In this document: in pieces, positions 62,645 through 64,000 of the stretch
Layout: each line of letters begins with the position of its first letter
Position numbering within the stretch: the stretch's first letter is position 1
Assembly: GCF_009914755.1 (NCBI RefSeq)
Contig: NC_060926.1
Origin: the human T2T-CHM13v2.0 reference genome, Homo sapiens
DNA: 64,000 nucleotides
Strand: one strand, 5' to 3'
Position numbers and translations under genes: made by a program
The notes under the pieces: model-generated
Told to the model about the DNA's origin: nothing
The model's database searches: none
What the model saw: the letters and a program-made list of their open reading frames with translations, nothing else

Positions 62645-62713
62645 GTGGGGTGGGGGAATCTATAGAGCTAAGATAGTCAAACTGTAAGGCTGATGTGTGG
62701 AATGGTTCACCTA

Positions 62714-63053
<340 letters not shown>

Positions 63054-63084
63054 CTACCCATGAAGATGATTATAAAATGAATCA

Positions 63085-63330
63085 CAATGTTAGCTAAACT
63101 TACTGGGCACTTGTGGGCCAGGAAATCAAAGTACTTTAAATGCAAAGTACTTTAACTCCTCTACCAGTCCCATGATATAGGTGCTACTATTTCTTACCCA
63201 CTACACGTGTGAAAGCACTGAGGCAGAGAGAAGTGAAGTAGCGTATCTAAAGTCACAGAGCTAGTCCGAGGTGGGGCTCGAACCACACACATAGGCTGGA
63301 GAGCCCACACCCTTAACCACTTTTCTGTAT
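63085..63330 (-). mobile_element. MIR
   Basis: ACTGAGGCAGAGAGAAGTGAAGTA...AAGTCACAGAGCTAGT...CTTAACCACT. Confidence 0.75.
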
Positions 63331-63816
63331 TGGGATGTGGGAAATGTTACAAATCAAGGGCCAAAGAAAGGATGTACTCAGAGAGGTGAAAGAAGAAAGG
63401 TTTGCCAAAGTAATCGGTCAGATCAGCTGACAACTCTGGATGCTCAGTGGGTGAGAGATGTCAGAAGATGATCTCCTTTCCTCACATCCAGAGGGAGATG
63501 AAAACCTGTGGTGTGAGTTTTAAGGGATATAGGATTTTTGTATGGGAGTGGAAGAGAAATAGTGTGGCAGTAAGAATGGGGTACTGAGCTCTGTGGCTAT
63601 GTTCATACCTAGCAAGCTGCATCCACCTGAAAAGGTTGTGATGTGGCAGAAGGTCCGTGTTAAAAGTAGGTGCTGGCTAGAGAGGGTGCCTTCAGGATCT
63701 GCTGCTGCCTGCAGAACTGGAATTTCCTCCTGACCCACCTCTCAGGGATGGCCTGAGTCTCCAGCCCTCACCAATTCTTAGGAAAAGATGAAGTTGTTCT
63801 TAGTTGTAGCAGTCTA

Positions 63817-64000
<184 letters not shown>

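Overview
Primate (human-type) genomic DNA containing one complete protein-coding gene, POLE4 (DNA polymerase epsilon subunit 4, a histone-fold protein), on the + strand. It has a CpG-island promoter at about 9150-9900, four coding exons (9536-9748, 10197-10281, 10961-11002, 20263-20276; 354 nt = 117 aa + stop, all introns GT-AG) and an AATAAA at 20563. Nearly everything else is interspersed repeat: three primate L1 copies (none intact), older L1M/L2/MIR fragments, about 17 Alus, a dense nested ERV1 LTR cluster upstream of POLE4, MaLR LTRs and hAT/Tigger DNA-transposon fossils. Outside POLE4 and L1, the ORF track is repeat-derived or spurious. I see no convincing evidence of a new multi-gene biological system. 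The best second-look items are: a possible POLE4 intron-3 read-through C-terminus ending in a CaaX-like CMLM; a MER41 LTR with a PBS and a consensus splice donor pointing at POLE4; an old ~355-bp local duplication; a composite CTCF/STAT/NF-kB element; a p53-like site in a MER61-type LTR; and several deletion or insertion scars. Repeat subfamily names come from recalled consensus sequences, and their boundaries are approximate unless TSDs are given.
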